Assembly: GCA_020697515.1 (NCBI GenBank)
Contig: JAIXNB010000039.1
Coordinates: 1 to 13,812 of the forward strand
Length of the DNA: 13,812 nt
Direction: 5' to 3'
DNA from: Nanobdellota archaeon
GTDB lineage: Archaea > Nanobdellota > Nanobdellia > Nanobdellales > Nanobdellaceae
Shown here: positions 1-8,666 of the stretch, one piece after another
Layout: each line of letters opens with the position of its first letter
Position numbering within the stretch: position 1 is the first letter of the stretch
Made by a program: the position numbers and the translations under genes
The notes under the pieces: model-generated
What the model was told of the DNA's origin: nothing
Seen by the model: the letters and a program-made list of their open reading frames with translations, nothing else
Databases searched by the model: none

Positions 1-1
1 T

Positions 2-3000
2 ATTGCAGATAAATTTGGGATGAGTGATTGGAAATGGATTGTGGAATTAAAAGAATTACAAGAGAGACTTTATACTAGTTCTCAAGAAGATGAAGATAAA
101 AATGAGGAAGGAGAATCTCCCATAACTCCTAGTTGGAAATATCTATCTCAAATAACTGCTGGAAGGCCTGTTATATCCTTACCTATGCAAAAGGGGGGAT
201 TCAGGTTAAGATATGGAAAATCTAGGACAAATGGTCATAAAGCAGTATCAATACATCCAGCAACAGCTGTATTAACGCTTGGTTTTTTAGCTTGGGGTGC
301 CCAAATGGTACCTGAAAGGCCTGGTAAGGGTGCAGGTACTACCTTTTCAGATACTCTTGAACCTCCTGTTGTTAGACTTAAAGATGGTTCAGTTATAATA
401 GTCAGGTCTGAAAAACTAGCTAAGAAATTGATAGAAAAAAATTTATTAGATAAAGTTTTATTCTTAGGAGATTTTCTAGTTACTTACGGGGATTTTTTGG
501 ATACTGGACATATACTAGCTCCAGTAGGCTACTGTGAAGAATGGTGGATTCTGGAATTTGAAAAAGCGGCCCATGAAAAACTCCCGGAATTTGAGGTAAA
601 GTTTGATATGCATAAACCTAGATTATTTTTTGAAATTAAGGGTCTAGAAAAATTATCTAAATTTTTAGATATTGTCCCCGATAAGTTAGAAAGGATAATA
701 AGGAATCCACTAAGGAGCAAGCCAACTTTTTTGGAAGCATTAAAAATCTCTGTAAAGTTGGGAGTTCCACTTCATCCGAAATATACCTTTTATTGGAAAA
801 ATGTATCTTTCGATGATGTTATACAGTTGATATCTTTCCTAAAGGATAGTGCAAAATTTGAATCAACTAAAATTAAAATAGATAAAGAATATCAGATCGT
901 CAAAAAAATAATAATACCTCTAGATAAAATAGAAGATGGTACTAAGAGGATTATGGAGGAGATTTACTTACCCCACAAGGTTAAAAATGGATTTATAATA
1001 ATAAAATATCCTTACTCTGCTGCACTAATGATACAGTTAGGCTATCTAGAAAAATTACCGGAAAAAAGAAATAATGATAAAAACGGATTAGATGCTGTAC
1101 AAAAAATAAGTATTGTTCGTATTAGGGACAAAGTAGGAATATATATCGGGGTTCGTATGGGTAGACCTGAAAAAGCTAAGATCAGAGAAATGAGGGGCTC
1201 TCCGATGATGCTATTTCCTGTTGGATTAGAAGGGGGTAGGATGAGAAATTTTATGGAGGCTTTGCATGTCGGGAAAATTAAAGCAGAAACTTCCATATAT
1301 TATTGTAAAAAATGTAAAAGATATGTCCCATATCCTAACTGTATTTTCTGTGGTTCTAAAACAATCAAAATGTATAAATGTCAAGTCTGTGGGGCTTTTG
1401 TAAAAACAAAGGAACATTGTGGGAAACCTGCGAAACCCTACACTACACTTAGTTTGAATGTTAAAGAGTATATAGAAGCTGCTTTGAAAAACTTAGGTTT
1501 AGATGCGTCACAACTACCAAAATTAATAAAAGGTCCTAAAGGGTTAACTAGTAAGGAAAAGTTACCGGAAAGATTAGAAAAAGGGATTCTTAGAGCAAGA
1601 TATAATATCTTTGTGTTTAGAGATGGGACAGTCAGATTTGATGCAATAGAAATACCTATAACATATTTTAAACCAAAAGATTTAGTTTATGTGTCTATAG
1701 AAAAGCTTAAAGAGCTAGGATATACTCATGATATTTATGGAAATCCTCTAGAGTCTGAAGATCAAATATTAGAGTTAAAACCACAAGATGTTATTTTACC
1801 AACCATTGGTCCGACAAAAAAAGGGGGAAAAATAATGAAAGATGGAGTAATCATCTCCCTACTAAATACTGCAAAATTTGTTGATGAATTACTTCAAAGA
1901 TTTTATAAATTATCTCCATATTATAATGCCAAAAAGCCAGAAGATCTAATCGGCCATTTGGTAATTGTGATGGCTCCACATACATCAGCTGGAACAGTAG
2001 GAAGAATAATCGGTTTTTCTAGAACACAAACATTGTTGATGCATCCTCTAATGCATGCTTCAATAAGAAGAAATTGTTTTTATAAAGACACCTACATTTA
2101 TTTGTTTAAGGATGGTAAAGTACTTTTTGATAAAATAGAAGCAGTTATTGAAAGAATTTTAAAGGATAAAGAATACAAAAAGATTGAAAATAAAGATGGT
2201 ACTATAATTATTTATCCGAAAGATAAATATTATACAATCGGTTATGACCCTTTATCTAAGAAACTTATTAAAAAAGAAATTAAGATGTGTATAAAGAAGA
2301 AACATTGTAAGTGGGTGAGACTAAGAACTGTTTCTGGGAAGGAAGTTATACTAACGAATGATCACCCGGTAACTGTTTTAAGAGAGGGTAGGTGGGTTAT
2401 AACTGTTGCAGAAGATTTAAAACCGGGAGATATGATAACTTCATTAAAGAATGTGGATATAATAAGCGAATTTATAAAAGAAAAAATAGAAGAAGTACAT
2501 TTATGCGAGTTTTTGAAGAATTTAGATTTAGAAGAAAATGACAGTTATGTGTGGTTGAGATCCGAGCCGGAACACAAAGTGAAAAAGGAGATTAGGATAG
2601 ATGAGAAATTAATGTGGTTATTTGGATTATATATTATGGAAGGATATATATATGAAGATAAAACAACGTATCAGATTGTAATAAGAAATCTTGAACAAAA
2701 GATACAAGAAAAGGTTAGAAACATCGTAAAGGAGGTTTTTGGGGTGGATATAAATATAGACGACGAAGGAAGAATTATAATTTCTTCAAAAATAGTCGTG
2801 GAACTATTTAAAAGGTTGGGATTTGGTAAAAAACTAGAAGAGAAGGATATACCAGATTGGATATTTAACTTAGATAGAAAGAAAATTGCTTCGTTTATTG
2901 CAGGAGTAGTAGACGGAGGTAGTAGTGTTGATTATAATGTACAGGCTTGTACAATCTATTCTGCAAATTATAAATTGATAAATAAGATTTCTCTAATTTT

Positions 3001-4090
3001 GAAGAAGTTTGGTATATTAGAATGCCATTTATCTAAGAGAAAAGGATTACCGGATGGCATCGTTTATAGAATTTCCATGTATAATAGACATTTATATGAT
3101 TTAATTAATAATATCTATCCATACTTAGTTAATAACAAGAATAGAGAAAAAAGCAGAAAAAGTTTAGATAATGGTAAGTTTAAACCTGAGAAAAGAATTA
3201 TAGAGGATAAAGATGTTTTTTTAGAAAGTATAGAAAATTTAGAATTATTTGAAAAAGATGATAACGCATATTCTTTAGAAGTAGACGGCAACGGATTTGA
3301 TAATACAATCTTTGTACAACAAAATATGATAGTCCATAACTGTGATGGAGATGAAGGAGGATTTATGTTATTAATGGATGCTTTATTAAACTTCTCAAAG
3401 CATTATTTACCTGCAAAAAGAGGGGGAACTATGGATGCCCCTCTAACTATAACAATTAAAGCTAAACCAATGGAAGTTGATGATGAGGTTCACAGCTTTG
3501 ATACAGTTTGGAACTATCCCCTGGAATTATATGAATCAGCATTACAATATAAAGACCCCGGTGAAGTAAATATAGAAGTTTTGGGTAGTAGAATAGGAAA
3601 AGGTAATGAGTATACTGGCTGGGGATTTATGCATGATATAGAATCAATTAGTAAAGTAGGGAATAAAATATCTTCCTATAAAAGATTCAAATCTATGTTA
3701 GAAAAACTATCTTATCAGTTAAAGGTTGCCGAGCTTGTAGAAGCATGTGATCCAGCAGTTGTTGCGGGATTGGTAATAAATTTGCACTTTGCTAGAGATG
3801 TTAGAGGCAACCTAAGGAAGTTTTCATCTCAAGAATTTAGATGTGTGAAATGTAATGAAAAATATAGGAGAATTCCTCTATCCGGAAAATGCGAGAAATG
3901 TGGTGGTAGGTTAGTCTTTACTGTCCACTATGGAACAGTAACAAAATACCTTGGACCAAGTCTATGGTTAGCAGAAAGATTGAATTTAGACGAATATACA
4001 AAATCTGCATTAAGGATTCTAAAGTTAAGAGTAGATCAGACATTTGGTAAGCAAACCAAAGAAAAATCTATAACAGAATTCTTTAACTAA
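2..4090 (+). CDS. polC: DNA polymerase II (family D, PolD) large catalytic subunit DP2. It is 5'-partial because the frame stays open to the left window edge, and it is interrupted by one intein.
   Basis: The 1356-aa ORF carries DP2 hallmark blocks: GRPVISLPMQKGGFRLRYGKSRTNG, ERPGKGAG, MAPHTSAGTVGRIIGF, and HPLMHASIRRN...CDGDEGG. It has internal Cys clusters (CKKCKRYVPYPNCIFCG..CQVCG..HCG) and a C-terminal zinc ribbon (CVKCNEKYRRIPLSGKCEKCGG). Codons 2-19 upstream of the first ATG contain no stop, and the extein length (about 940 aa) is short for DP2, so the N-terminus lies outside the window. Confidence 0.95.
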   Translation: MADKFGMSDWKWIVELKELQERLYTSSQEDEDKNEEGESPITPSWKYLSQITAGRPVISLPMQKGGFRLRYGKSRTNGHKAVSIHPATAVLTLGFLAWGAQMVPERPGKGAGTTFSDTLEPPVVRLKDGSVIIVRSEKLAKKLIEKNLLDKVLFLGDFLVTYGDFLDTGHILAPVGYCEEWWILEFEKAAHEKLPEFEVKFDMHKPRLFFEIKGLEKLSKFLDIVPDKLERIIRNPLRSKPTFLEALKISVKLGVPLHPKYTFYWKNVSFDDVIQLISFLKDSAKFESTKIKIDKEYQIVKKIIIPLDKIEDGTKRIMEEIYLPHKVKNGFIIIKYPYSAALMIQLGYLEKLPEKRNNDKNGLDAVQKISIVRIRDKVGIYIGVRMGRPEKAKIREMRGSPMMLFPVGLEGGRMRNFMEALHVGKIKAETSIYYCKKCKRYVPYPNCIFCGSKTIKMYKCQVCGAFVKTKEHCGKPAKPYTTLSLNVKEYIEAALKNLGLDASQLPKLIKGPKGLTSKEKLPERLEKGILRARYNIFVFRDGTVRFDAIEIPITYFKPKDLVYVSIEKLKELGYTHDIYGNPLESEDQILELKPQDVILPTIGPTKKGGKIMKDGVIISLLNTAKFVDELLQRFYKLSPYYNAKKPEDLIGHLVIVMAPHTSAGTVGRIIGFSRTQTLLMHPLMHASIRRNCFYKDTYIYLFKDGKVLFDKIEAVIERILKDKEYKKIENKDGTIIIYPKDKYYTIGYDPLSKKLIKKEIKMCIKKKHCKWVRLRTVSGKEVILTNDHPVTVLREGRWVITVAEDLKPGDMITSLKNVDIISEFIKEKIEEVHLCEFLKNLDLEENDSYVWLRSEPEHKVKKEIRIDEKLMWLFGLYIMEGYIYEDKTTYQIVIRNLEQKIQEKVRNIVKEVFGVDINIDDEGRIIISSKIVVELFKRLGFGKKLEEKDIPDWIFNLDRKKIASFIAGVVDGGSSVDYNVQACTIYSANYKLINKISLILKKFGILECHLSKRKGLPDGIVYRISMYNRHLYDLINNIYPYLVNNKNREKSRKSLDNGKFKPEKRIIEDKDVFLESIENLELFEKDDNAYSLEVDGNGFDNTIFVQQNMIVHNCDGDEGGFMLLMDALLNFSKHYLPAKRGGTMDAPLTITIKAKPMEVDDEVHSFDTVWNYPLELYESALQYKDPGEVNIEVLGSRIGKGNEYTGWGFMHDIESISKVGNKISSYKRFKSMLEKLSYQLKVAELVEACDPAVVAGLVINLHFARDVRGNLRKFSSQEFRCVKCNEKYRRIPLSGKCEKCGGRLVFTVHYGTVTKYLGPSLWLAERLNLDEYTKSALRILKLRVDQTFGKQTKEKSITEFFN
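2075..3340 (+). mobile_element. Intein (422 aa) within polC, with an embedded LAGLIDADG homing-endonuclease domain
   Basis: The segment starts with Cys1 (CFYKDTYIYLF, block A) directly after the extein ...SIRRN. Block B is TNDH (VILTNDHPV, nt 2354-2365). Blocks C and E are the LAGLIDADG motifs at 2609-2644 and 2885-2920. The segment ends ...NMIVHN (block G His-Asn) and is followed by +1 Cys of CDGDEGG at 3341. Length is exactly 1266 nt, in frame. Confidence 0.9.
2609..2920 (+). other. Core of the LAGLIDADG homing-endonuclease domain (the two dodecapeptide motifs) inside the intein
   Basis: Motif 1 is LMWLFGLYIMEG (2609-2644) and motif 2 is IASFIAGVVDGG (2885-2920). Both keep the terminal acidic residue (E in motif 1, D in motif 2) used for metal binding in this family. 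Confidence 0.8.
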
Positions 4091-4092
4091 CA

Positions 4093-4851
4093 ATGTTCGT
4101 TCTAGCCGGTCTTGGTCAAAAACCTGAGGATATCCCGATAGGTACTATAAAGTATATTAAAAAGGCCGGCTATGTATTTCTGGAGTACTATACTAATGTT
4201 CCAAATATAAGAATTGAAAGATTTCTATCAAAATTCCGAAAAGATATAAAAATAGTTTTTAGAGACTTTGTCGAAACTAAACTGGAGAAGTTTTTACTAG
4301 AACATAAAAAAGATTTAGTTGTTCTTTTAGTATTTGGAAGTCCTCTATTCGCAACTACACATACATCCTTATTATCCTTTTGCAAAGAACATAAAATAAA
4401 AGTAAGAGTCATAGGCGCATCATCAGTATATGATTATCTAGCAAAAACGGGGTTATTTATCTATAAATTTGGTAAAACTGCTTCCATATCATTCCATAAA
4501 TCAAAGGTTCCTTACGATATATTGAAATATAACTATATGATAGGAGCACATACTTTGTTTCTTTTAGATATAGATCCAGAAAATAGGAGGTATATGACAG
4601 TAAATGAAGCATTAATTAGGCTGTTAGAACTTGAAGAGGAAGAAAAAGCAGATATCATTAATATAAACTCTAGAGTACTTATATGTGAAAAGCTCGGATC
4701 AGAAAATGAAAAGATATATTATGTTTCAATAAAGAAAGCTTTAGACATGGTATTTAATTACCCCGCTTGTATAATATTCCCGGTTGAATTAAATGAAATT
4801 GAAAAAGAAACTCTAAGATATATGAGTTATTACTATGAAGATGAAGAATAA
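4093..4851 (+). CDS. dphB: Diphthine synthase (Dph5 family, EF-2 diphthamide biosynthesis methyltransferase)
   Basis: The 252-aa product is colinear with archaeal Dph5: MFVLAGLGQ..., YVFLEYYTN, PLFATTHTSL, GLFIYKFGKTASI, and HTLFLLDI....RYMTVNEAL. The start lies 2 nt after the polC stop (TAA ca ATG), so it is probably co-transcribed. Confidence 0.93.
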   Translation: MFVLAGLGQKPEDIPIGTIKYIKKAGYVFLEYYTNVPNIRIERFLSKFRKDIKIVFRDFVETKLEKFLLEHKKDLVVLLVFGSPLFATTHTSLLSFCKEHKIKVRVIGASSVYDYLAKTGLFIYKFGKTASISFHKSKVPYDILKYNYMIGAHTLFLLDIDPENRRYMTVNEALIRLLELEEEEKADIININSRVLICEKLGSENEKIYYVSIKKALDMVFNYPACIIFPVELNEIEKETLRYMSYYYEDEE

Positions 4852-4890
4852 AACATAAATTAAGTTACAATACTCAACAGGTTCTATCTT

Positions 4891-6360
4891 TTATTGTTGT
4901 TCTAGTTGTTGATTTGTTTGTTGAATCTTATCTTTAAGGAGTTTTCTTAATGTCTTTTCATCCATCGCTTTTATATGATATCCTTTCATAGAATACTCTT
5001 TTGCAAGGTCGTATACAGATACACCGCTTCTACAGACTAATAACACTTTTTTATTTTTATCTATGGTGGATAGATATTTTTTAGCATCAGTATAACTCAT
5101 AACTCTTATTTTTGGAATGTTTAACAAACCTGTAAGTTTACCGATATATATTATTTCATATTCGTTTAAATTAATGTCCCCCAAACCATATGTCTTTAGG
5201 GATTTTTCAAGATCCACAAGTCTATTTTTTATGGACAACTTATCATATACCCTGATTTTAATATCCTTTAAATATTCTTCTACTTTTTTGAACTCTTTTT
5301 CTACCTCTTCTTTTGTTGATTTGGTCATAGGTTTTTCAGATAGAATAGCGCAAAATTCTGGTACCTTTTCGGAGTATTCATATAATCCTATTTTTCTGGA
5401 GATATTTATAATCTCATCTTTATCAAAACCTATTAATGGTCTAAATACTGGTATTTTTATCCCATATTCTGCAGAATATAAATTATCTAGGGTTTGTGAT
5501 GATTTTTGACCTAAGGATTCTCCAGTAACTAAAGCTTTAGCATTTATTTTTAGAGCCAGTCTCTCCCCTAGAGTATAGAGAATCCTTCTAAAAACAATTA
5601 GCCAGAATCCGGATTTTACATTTTCCATTATTTTCTCCACAATGGTTCTACAATCCAATACATAGATCTTAGTATTATATCCATTAGACCATTCTACTAG
5701 TTTGTTTACGGTATTCAGAACATAATACTCTTCTATTTCTCCTCCCAAATTGCAATACATTACATCTACACAACATCCGCGTTTCATTATAAACCATGCT
5801 GCAACCGGGCTATCAAAACCTCCTGAAACCAATGCTAAAACTTTCCCTTCAGAACCGATAGGTAATCCTCCAGGTCCTTTGTAAACGTCTGTAAATAAAT
5901 ATGCGTCATTATCTCGTATCTCCAAGTAAACTATAATTTCTGGATTTTTAATATCTACAGTTCCATACTTACTTAACTTTTCACCAAGAAGTTTTTTAAC
6001 GTTATATGAGGTAAAATTATGATTGCCAACTCTATTACATTCTACTTTAAACTTCCTATTATTTACATATTTCTTAAAGTAATCAGCCGCGAAATTTAGT
6101 AGATCTTCTAAATCCCTGAATCTATAATATACTGCAGGACTGATAGACTTTATCCCAAAAATTTTAGATAGTTTATCTATAGCAGTTTCTACGTCTGTAA
6201 CAATAACAACAATTCTGCCCTGATATCTAATTATTTTCTTAATATTACCCCTCAAGGTCTCTCTTATATTGCTAATTAACTGTTTTTCGAATCTTTTACG
6301 ATTTCCTTTTTTAAGAGCAATCTCTGAATAGCGTATTAATATGTAATTTTTTTCCATCAT
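4891..6360 (-). CDS. thiI: tRNA 4-thiouridine synthase ThiI (THUMP domain, PP-loop ATPase and C-terminal rhodanese-like domain)
   Basis: The 489-aa product has an N-terminal ferredoxin-like/THUMP region (ILIRYSEIALKKGNRKRFE...), a PP-loop ALVSGGFDSPVAAW, the downstream conserved Cys context EFCAILSEKPMTKS, and a C-terminal about 90 aa with a rhodanese active-site-like loop LLVCRSGVS (Cys443, nt 5032-5034). Confidence 0.93.
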   Translation of the reverse strand: MMEKNYILIRYSEIALKKGNRKRFEKQLISNIRETLRGNIKKIIRYQGRIVVIVTDVETAIDKLSKIFGIKSISPAVYYRFRDLEDLLNFAADYFKKYVNNRKFKVECNRVGNHNFTSYNVKKLLGEKLSKYGTVDIKNPEIIVYLEIRDNDAYLFTDVYKGPGGLPIGSEGKVLALVSGGFDSPVAAWFIMKRGCCVDVMYCNLGGEIEEYYVLNTVNKLVEWSNGYNTKIYVLDCRTIVEKIMENVKSGFWLIVFRRILYTLGERLALKINAKALVTGESLGQKSSQTLDNLYSAEYGIKIPVFRPLIGFDKDEIINISRKIGLYEYSEKVPEFCAILSEKPMTKSTKEEVEKEFKKVEEYLKDIKIRVYDKLSIKNRLVDLEKSLKTYGLGDINLNEYEIIYIGKLTGLLNIPKIRVMSYTDAKKYLSTIDKNKKVLLVCRSGVSVYDLAKEYSMKGYHIKAMDEKTLRKLLKDKIQQTNQQLEQQ

Positions 6361-6394
6361 TAACCATATTAAAAATTAACTTAAAATTTAGAAG

Positions 6395-8011
6395 ATGTGG
6401 GGTAGAGTTGTATTAACGTTCCTGTTGGTGATATCTATGTTACCTTTTATTCGAGCGACAACGGTTATAGGCACAACAAATATTACCTTTGCAGATACTA
6501 TTGTAGCAAAGGTTGTATCAGAGATATATGACTATCCTTTAATAATACTTGGTAGAGATAAAGTCTCTAATGAAACTTTAGCTTTTCTCAGAGAACTAAA
6601 TACAACAGAAATACTAATAATTGGGGGCCCAGCAGTAATTTCTCCAACAGTGGATGAAGAATTAAGGAAACTTGGGTATAGTGTTACAAGAATCTGGGGT
6701 GTTACTAGGTATGAAACTTCAGCTTTAGTATCAAAGCTATTCTGGACAAACTCTTCTGAGGCCGTAATAGTTACAAGAGAGTTAACATGTGAAATAGCCA
6801 GAATGAGGGAGTTATCAATAGTTAGAGACGCCATGAACTTAGCAATATCTAAAGGAATCCCCTTAATGATTACACCCCGTGGAACTCTGGATCTAAATGT
6901 TATAGATGCACTAGTAACTCTAGGAACCAAAAAAGTGTATATATTTACAACTAAAGAACCTGAAAATATAATAAAGCAATTAGAGAGGTTAAACATCAGT
7001 TATATTATAGTAAAAGATAATGGTACAAATATAGTAAACTGTATAAAATCTATTAGAGTAGCCGTTCCAGAAAATGCAAGTTGGATGTCGAATAGGCGTC
7101 TATTAACAGGATTTAAGTGTTTGAAAATAATCGTTTACAGATATCCAATGAATGTATCTAATGCAGATTTTACAATATCCGAAAATAGTGATATACATAG
7201 GATTATGGAACACGTTGTTAAAGAACCTAGAAGGAGGGTTAGAGGAGACAAGACAGATGTAGAAAATTTATTATACAGTAGAGTAGAGGGCTTGTTGGAA
7301 GATCTGCAGAGGGATTTGTTGGTACTTAAAAAATACTACAATATCTCCAAAGATCAGAGAGTATTGCTGGTAATAAACAGATTAGAACATAAAATTGATG
7401 AAATTATAAATTTATTAAAACAAGGAAAAATTAGAGAGGGCCTAAGATTAGCTTTAATAGAGCAAAGTAAGATAAAAAGATTTAAATGGAAATTAAAGAT
7501 ATATAAATTTGAGGAGAAAATTAGCAATACAACTAGAGATATTGTAAACAAACTAATCGAACAAAGGATAAAACTATTGAAAAAATTATATGAGATTGAA
7601 GACGAAGAGCTAGATGTGATAATTAATACTAGGGGGAGAATGCCCGATTTATTGGAAATAAAAAAGTTAATCAAAAAAATATTAAAGAAAAAGTATGGAC
7701 ACATTCTATCTAGAATTGTCCCTTGTCCAAATACCTCTAAAGGATATGATGTGATATGTATTGCAGTATATGATCCTGTTTGTGCAGTAATAGAAACACC
7801 TAATGGGGTTGTGGGTTGGTTGACATTCCCTAATTCATGTGTGGCTTGTAGAACACCTGGAGTTACCGGTTATATCCCTGGAGAGTGCAAAAGAATACTG
7901 AATCAAGATGAAAGGATAAAAGTAAGAATGAGAAATAGGACCAGAAATATCACGAAGTTGATAGATGATAAGTATCTATGTACAGGGTGTTTAAATGACT
8001 TGAAAAGGTGA
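6395..8011 (+). CDS. Secreted, probably glycosylated surface protein: signal peptide, two CWB2-like (putative cell-wall-binding repeat 2) units, a coiled-coil region and a C-terminal Kazal-like cysteine module
   Basis: The signal peptide is MWGRVVLTFLLVISMLPFIRA. The first CWB2-like unit reads ADTIVAKVVSEIYDYPLIIL...ILIIGGPAVIS...RIWGVTRYETSALVS, and a second, degenerate copy follows. By my count there are 13 N-x-S/T sequons. A K/E/L/I-rich heptad-like stretch covers about aa 290-440. The six-Cys block is CPNTSKGYDVICIAVYDPVCAV...TFPNSCVAC...GEC (nt 7724-7888). Confidence 0.7.
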   Translation: MWGRVVLTFLLVISMLPFIRATTVIGTTNITFADTIVAKVVSEIYDYPLIILGRDKVSNETLAFLRELNTTEILIIGGPAVISPTVDEELRKLGYSVTRIWGVTRYETSALVSKLFWTNSSEAVIVTRELTCEIARMRELSIVRDAMNLAISKGIPLMITPRGTLDLNVIDALVTLGTKKVYIFTTKEPENIIKQLERLNISYIIVKDNGTNIVNCIKSIRVAVPENASWMSNRRLLTGFKCLKIIVYRYPMNVSNADFTISENSDIHRIMEHVVKEPRRRVRGDKTDVENLLYSRVEGLLEDLQRDLLVLKKYYNISKDQRVLLVINRLEHKIDEIINLLKQGKIREGLRLALIEQSKIKRFKWKLKIYKFEEKISNTTRDIVNKLIEQRIKLLKKLYEIEDEELDVIINTRGRMPDLLEIKKLIKKILKKKYGHILSRIVPCPNTSKGYDVICIAVYDPVCAVIETPNGVVGWLTFPNSCVACRTPGVTGYIPGECKRILNQDERIKVRMRNRTRNITKLIDDKYLCTGCLNDLKR

Positions 8012-8030
8012 CCTAAATTTTTGTTTATCT

Positions 8031-8630
8031 TTATTTTTTACTTCCACTTTTGATACCAACATATATTAGATAGTCACCTTGCTTGAACATCAGATCAAAA
8101 TCGTCAAAATACCTTTTTAAAAGGGTTTCTACATATCTAAATTTTTTGGTTGATACTAATTGAAGAAGTCCTGGACTATTTAGGTGCTCATAACTCTCTA
8201 ATATAAATTTCTTTATTAGTTCCTTACCAGCTGTAAATGGAGGGTTTGTAATAATATTATCAAATTTTTCATTAATATTTTCGAATAAATTAGATTTTAC
8301 AACATTAACAGAGACTTTATTCAGTTTTGCATTTATTTTTGAGTACTTTACAGCAAGTTCATTTATATCACTCAACCATATATTACAAGAAGGACAAACT
8401 TTTTTTGCAACAATACCTAGAACTCCATAACCGCAACCCAAATCTAAAACTTTTTGTTCATCAAATAAGACCATAGTTTCTGCTAGTAGCTTCGTTCCTG
8501 GATCTACATGATCTTTTGAGAATATATTTGATGTTGAGTAGAACAAAAATCTATGCCCCCTTATAGTTTCTTTTATGGTAATCAACTCCCCCTCCTCTGG
8601 ACTTTCTACAAAGTAGTGTTGGAATTTCAT
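8031..8630 (-). CDS. Class I SAM-dependent methyltransferase, MJ0882/RsmC-like (small-domain N-methyltransferase)
   Basis: The 199-aa product has the N-terminal FYSTSNIFSKDHVDPGTKLL typical of the RsmC/RlmG/MJ0882 group, SAM motif I VLDLGCGYGVLGI, and motif IV IITNPPF. Confidence 0.85.
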   Translation of the reverse strand: MKFQHYFVESPEEGELITIKETIRGHRFLFYSTSNIFSKDHVDPGTKLLAETMVLFDEQKVLDLGCGYGVLGIVAKKVCPSCNIWLSDINELAVKYSKINAKLNKVSVNVVKSNLFENINEKFDNIITNPPFTAGKELIKKFILESYEHLNSPGLLQLVSTKKFRYVETLLKRYFDDFDLMFKQGDYLIYVGIKSGSKK

Positions 8631-8666
8631 AATATTATTCTAAGTTTTAAACTTCCAAAATTATTT

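Noticed and set aside
20-2074. A second intein or other insertion in the N-terminal extein of DP2, suggested by the poorly conserved K/I-rich stretch at about aa 190-350.
   Set aside because: There is no Cys/Ser-start plus His-Asn-end boundary pair and no Hint or LAGLIDADG blocks. A variable accessory region at this position is normal for DP2.
5117-5509. Long antisense ORFs inside annotated genes: 5117-5509, 6532-6996, 7354-7704 and 11913-12359, plus the shorter 529-720, 1042-1296, 1226-1417, 4188-4412, 9020-9274, 9784-9978 and 13329-13532.
   Set aside because: Each lies wholly within, and opposite to, a gene with strong family signatures. Their translations are low-complexity and rich in S/F/L/I/N, with no recognisable motifs. 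Stop-free antisense frames are a known by-product of biased codon usage.
8553-8666. The upstream 38-codon extension of the cmk ORF (ORF-track start at 8553).
   Set aside because: It overlaps the 5' end of the opposite-strand methyltransferase gene by 78 nt. It encodes sequence unrelated to CMP kinases (MPPYSFFYGNQLPLLW...). The ATG at 8667 leaves a normal 36-bp divergent spacer and aligns with the kinase N-terminus.
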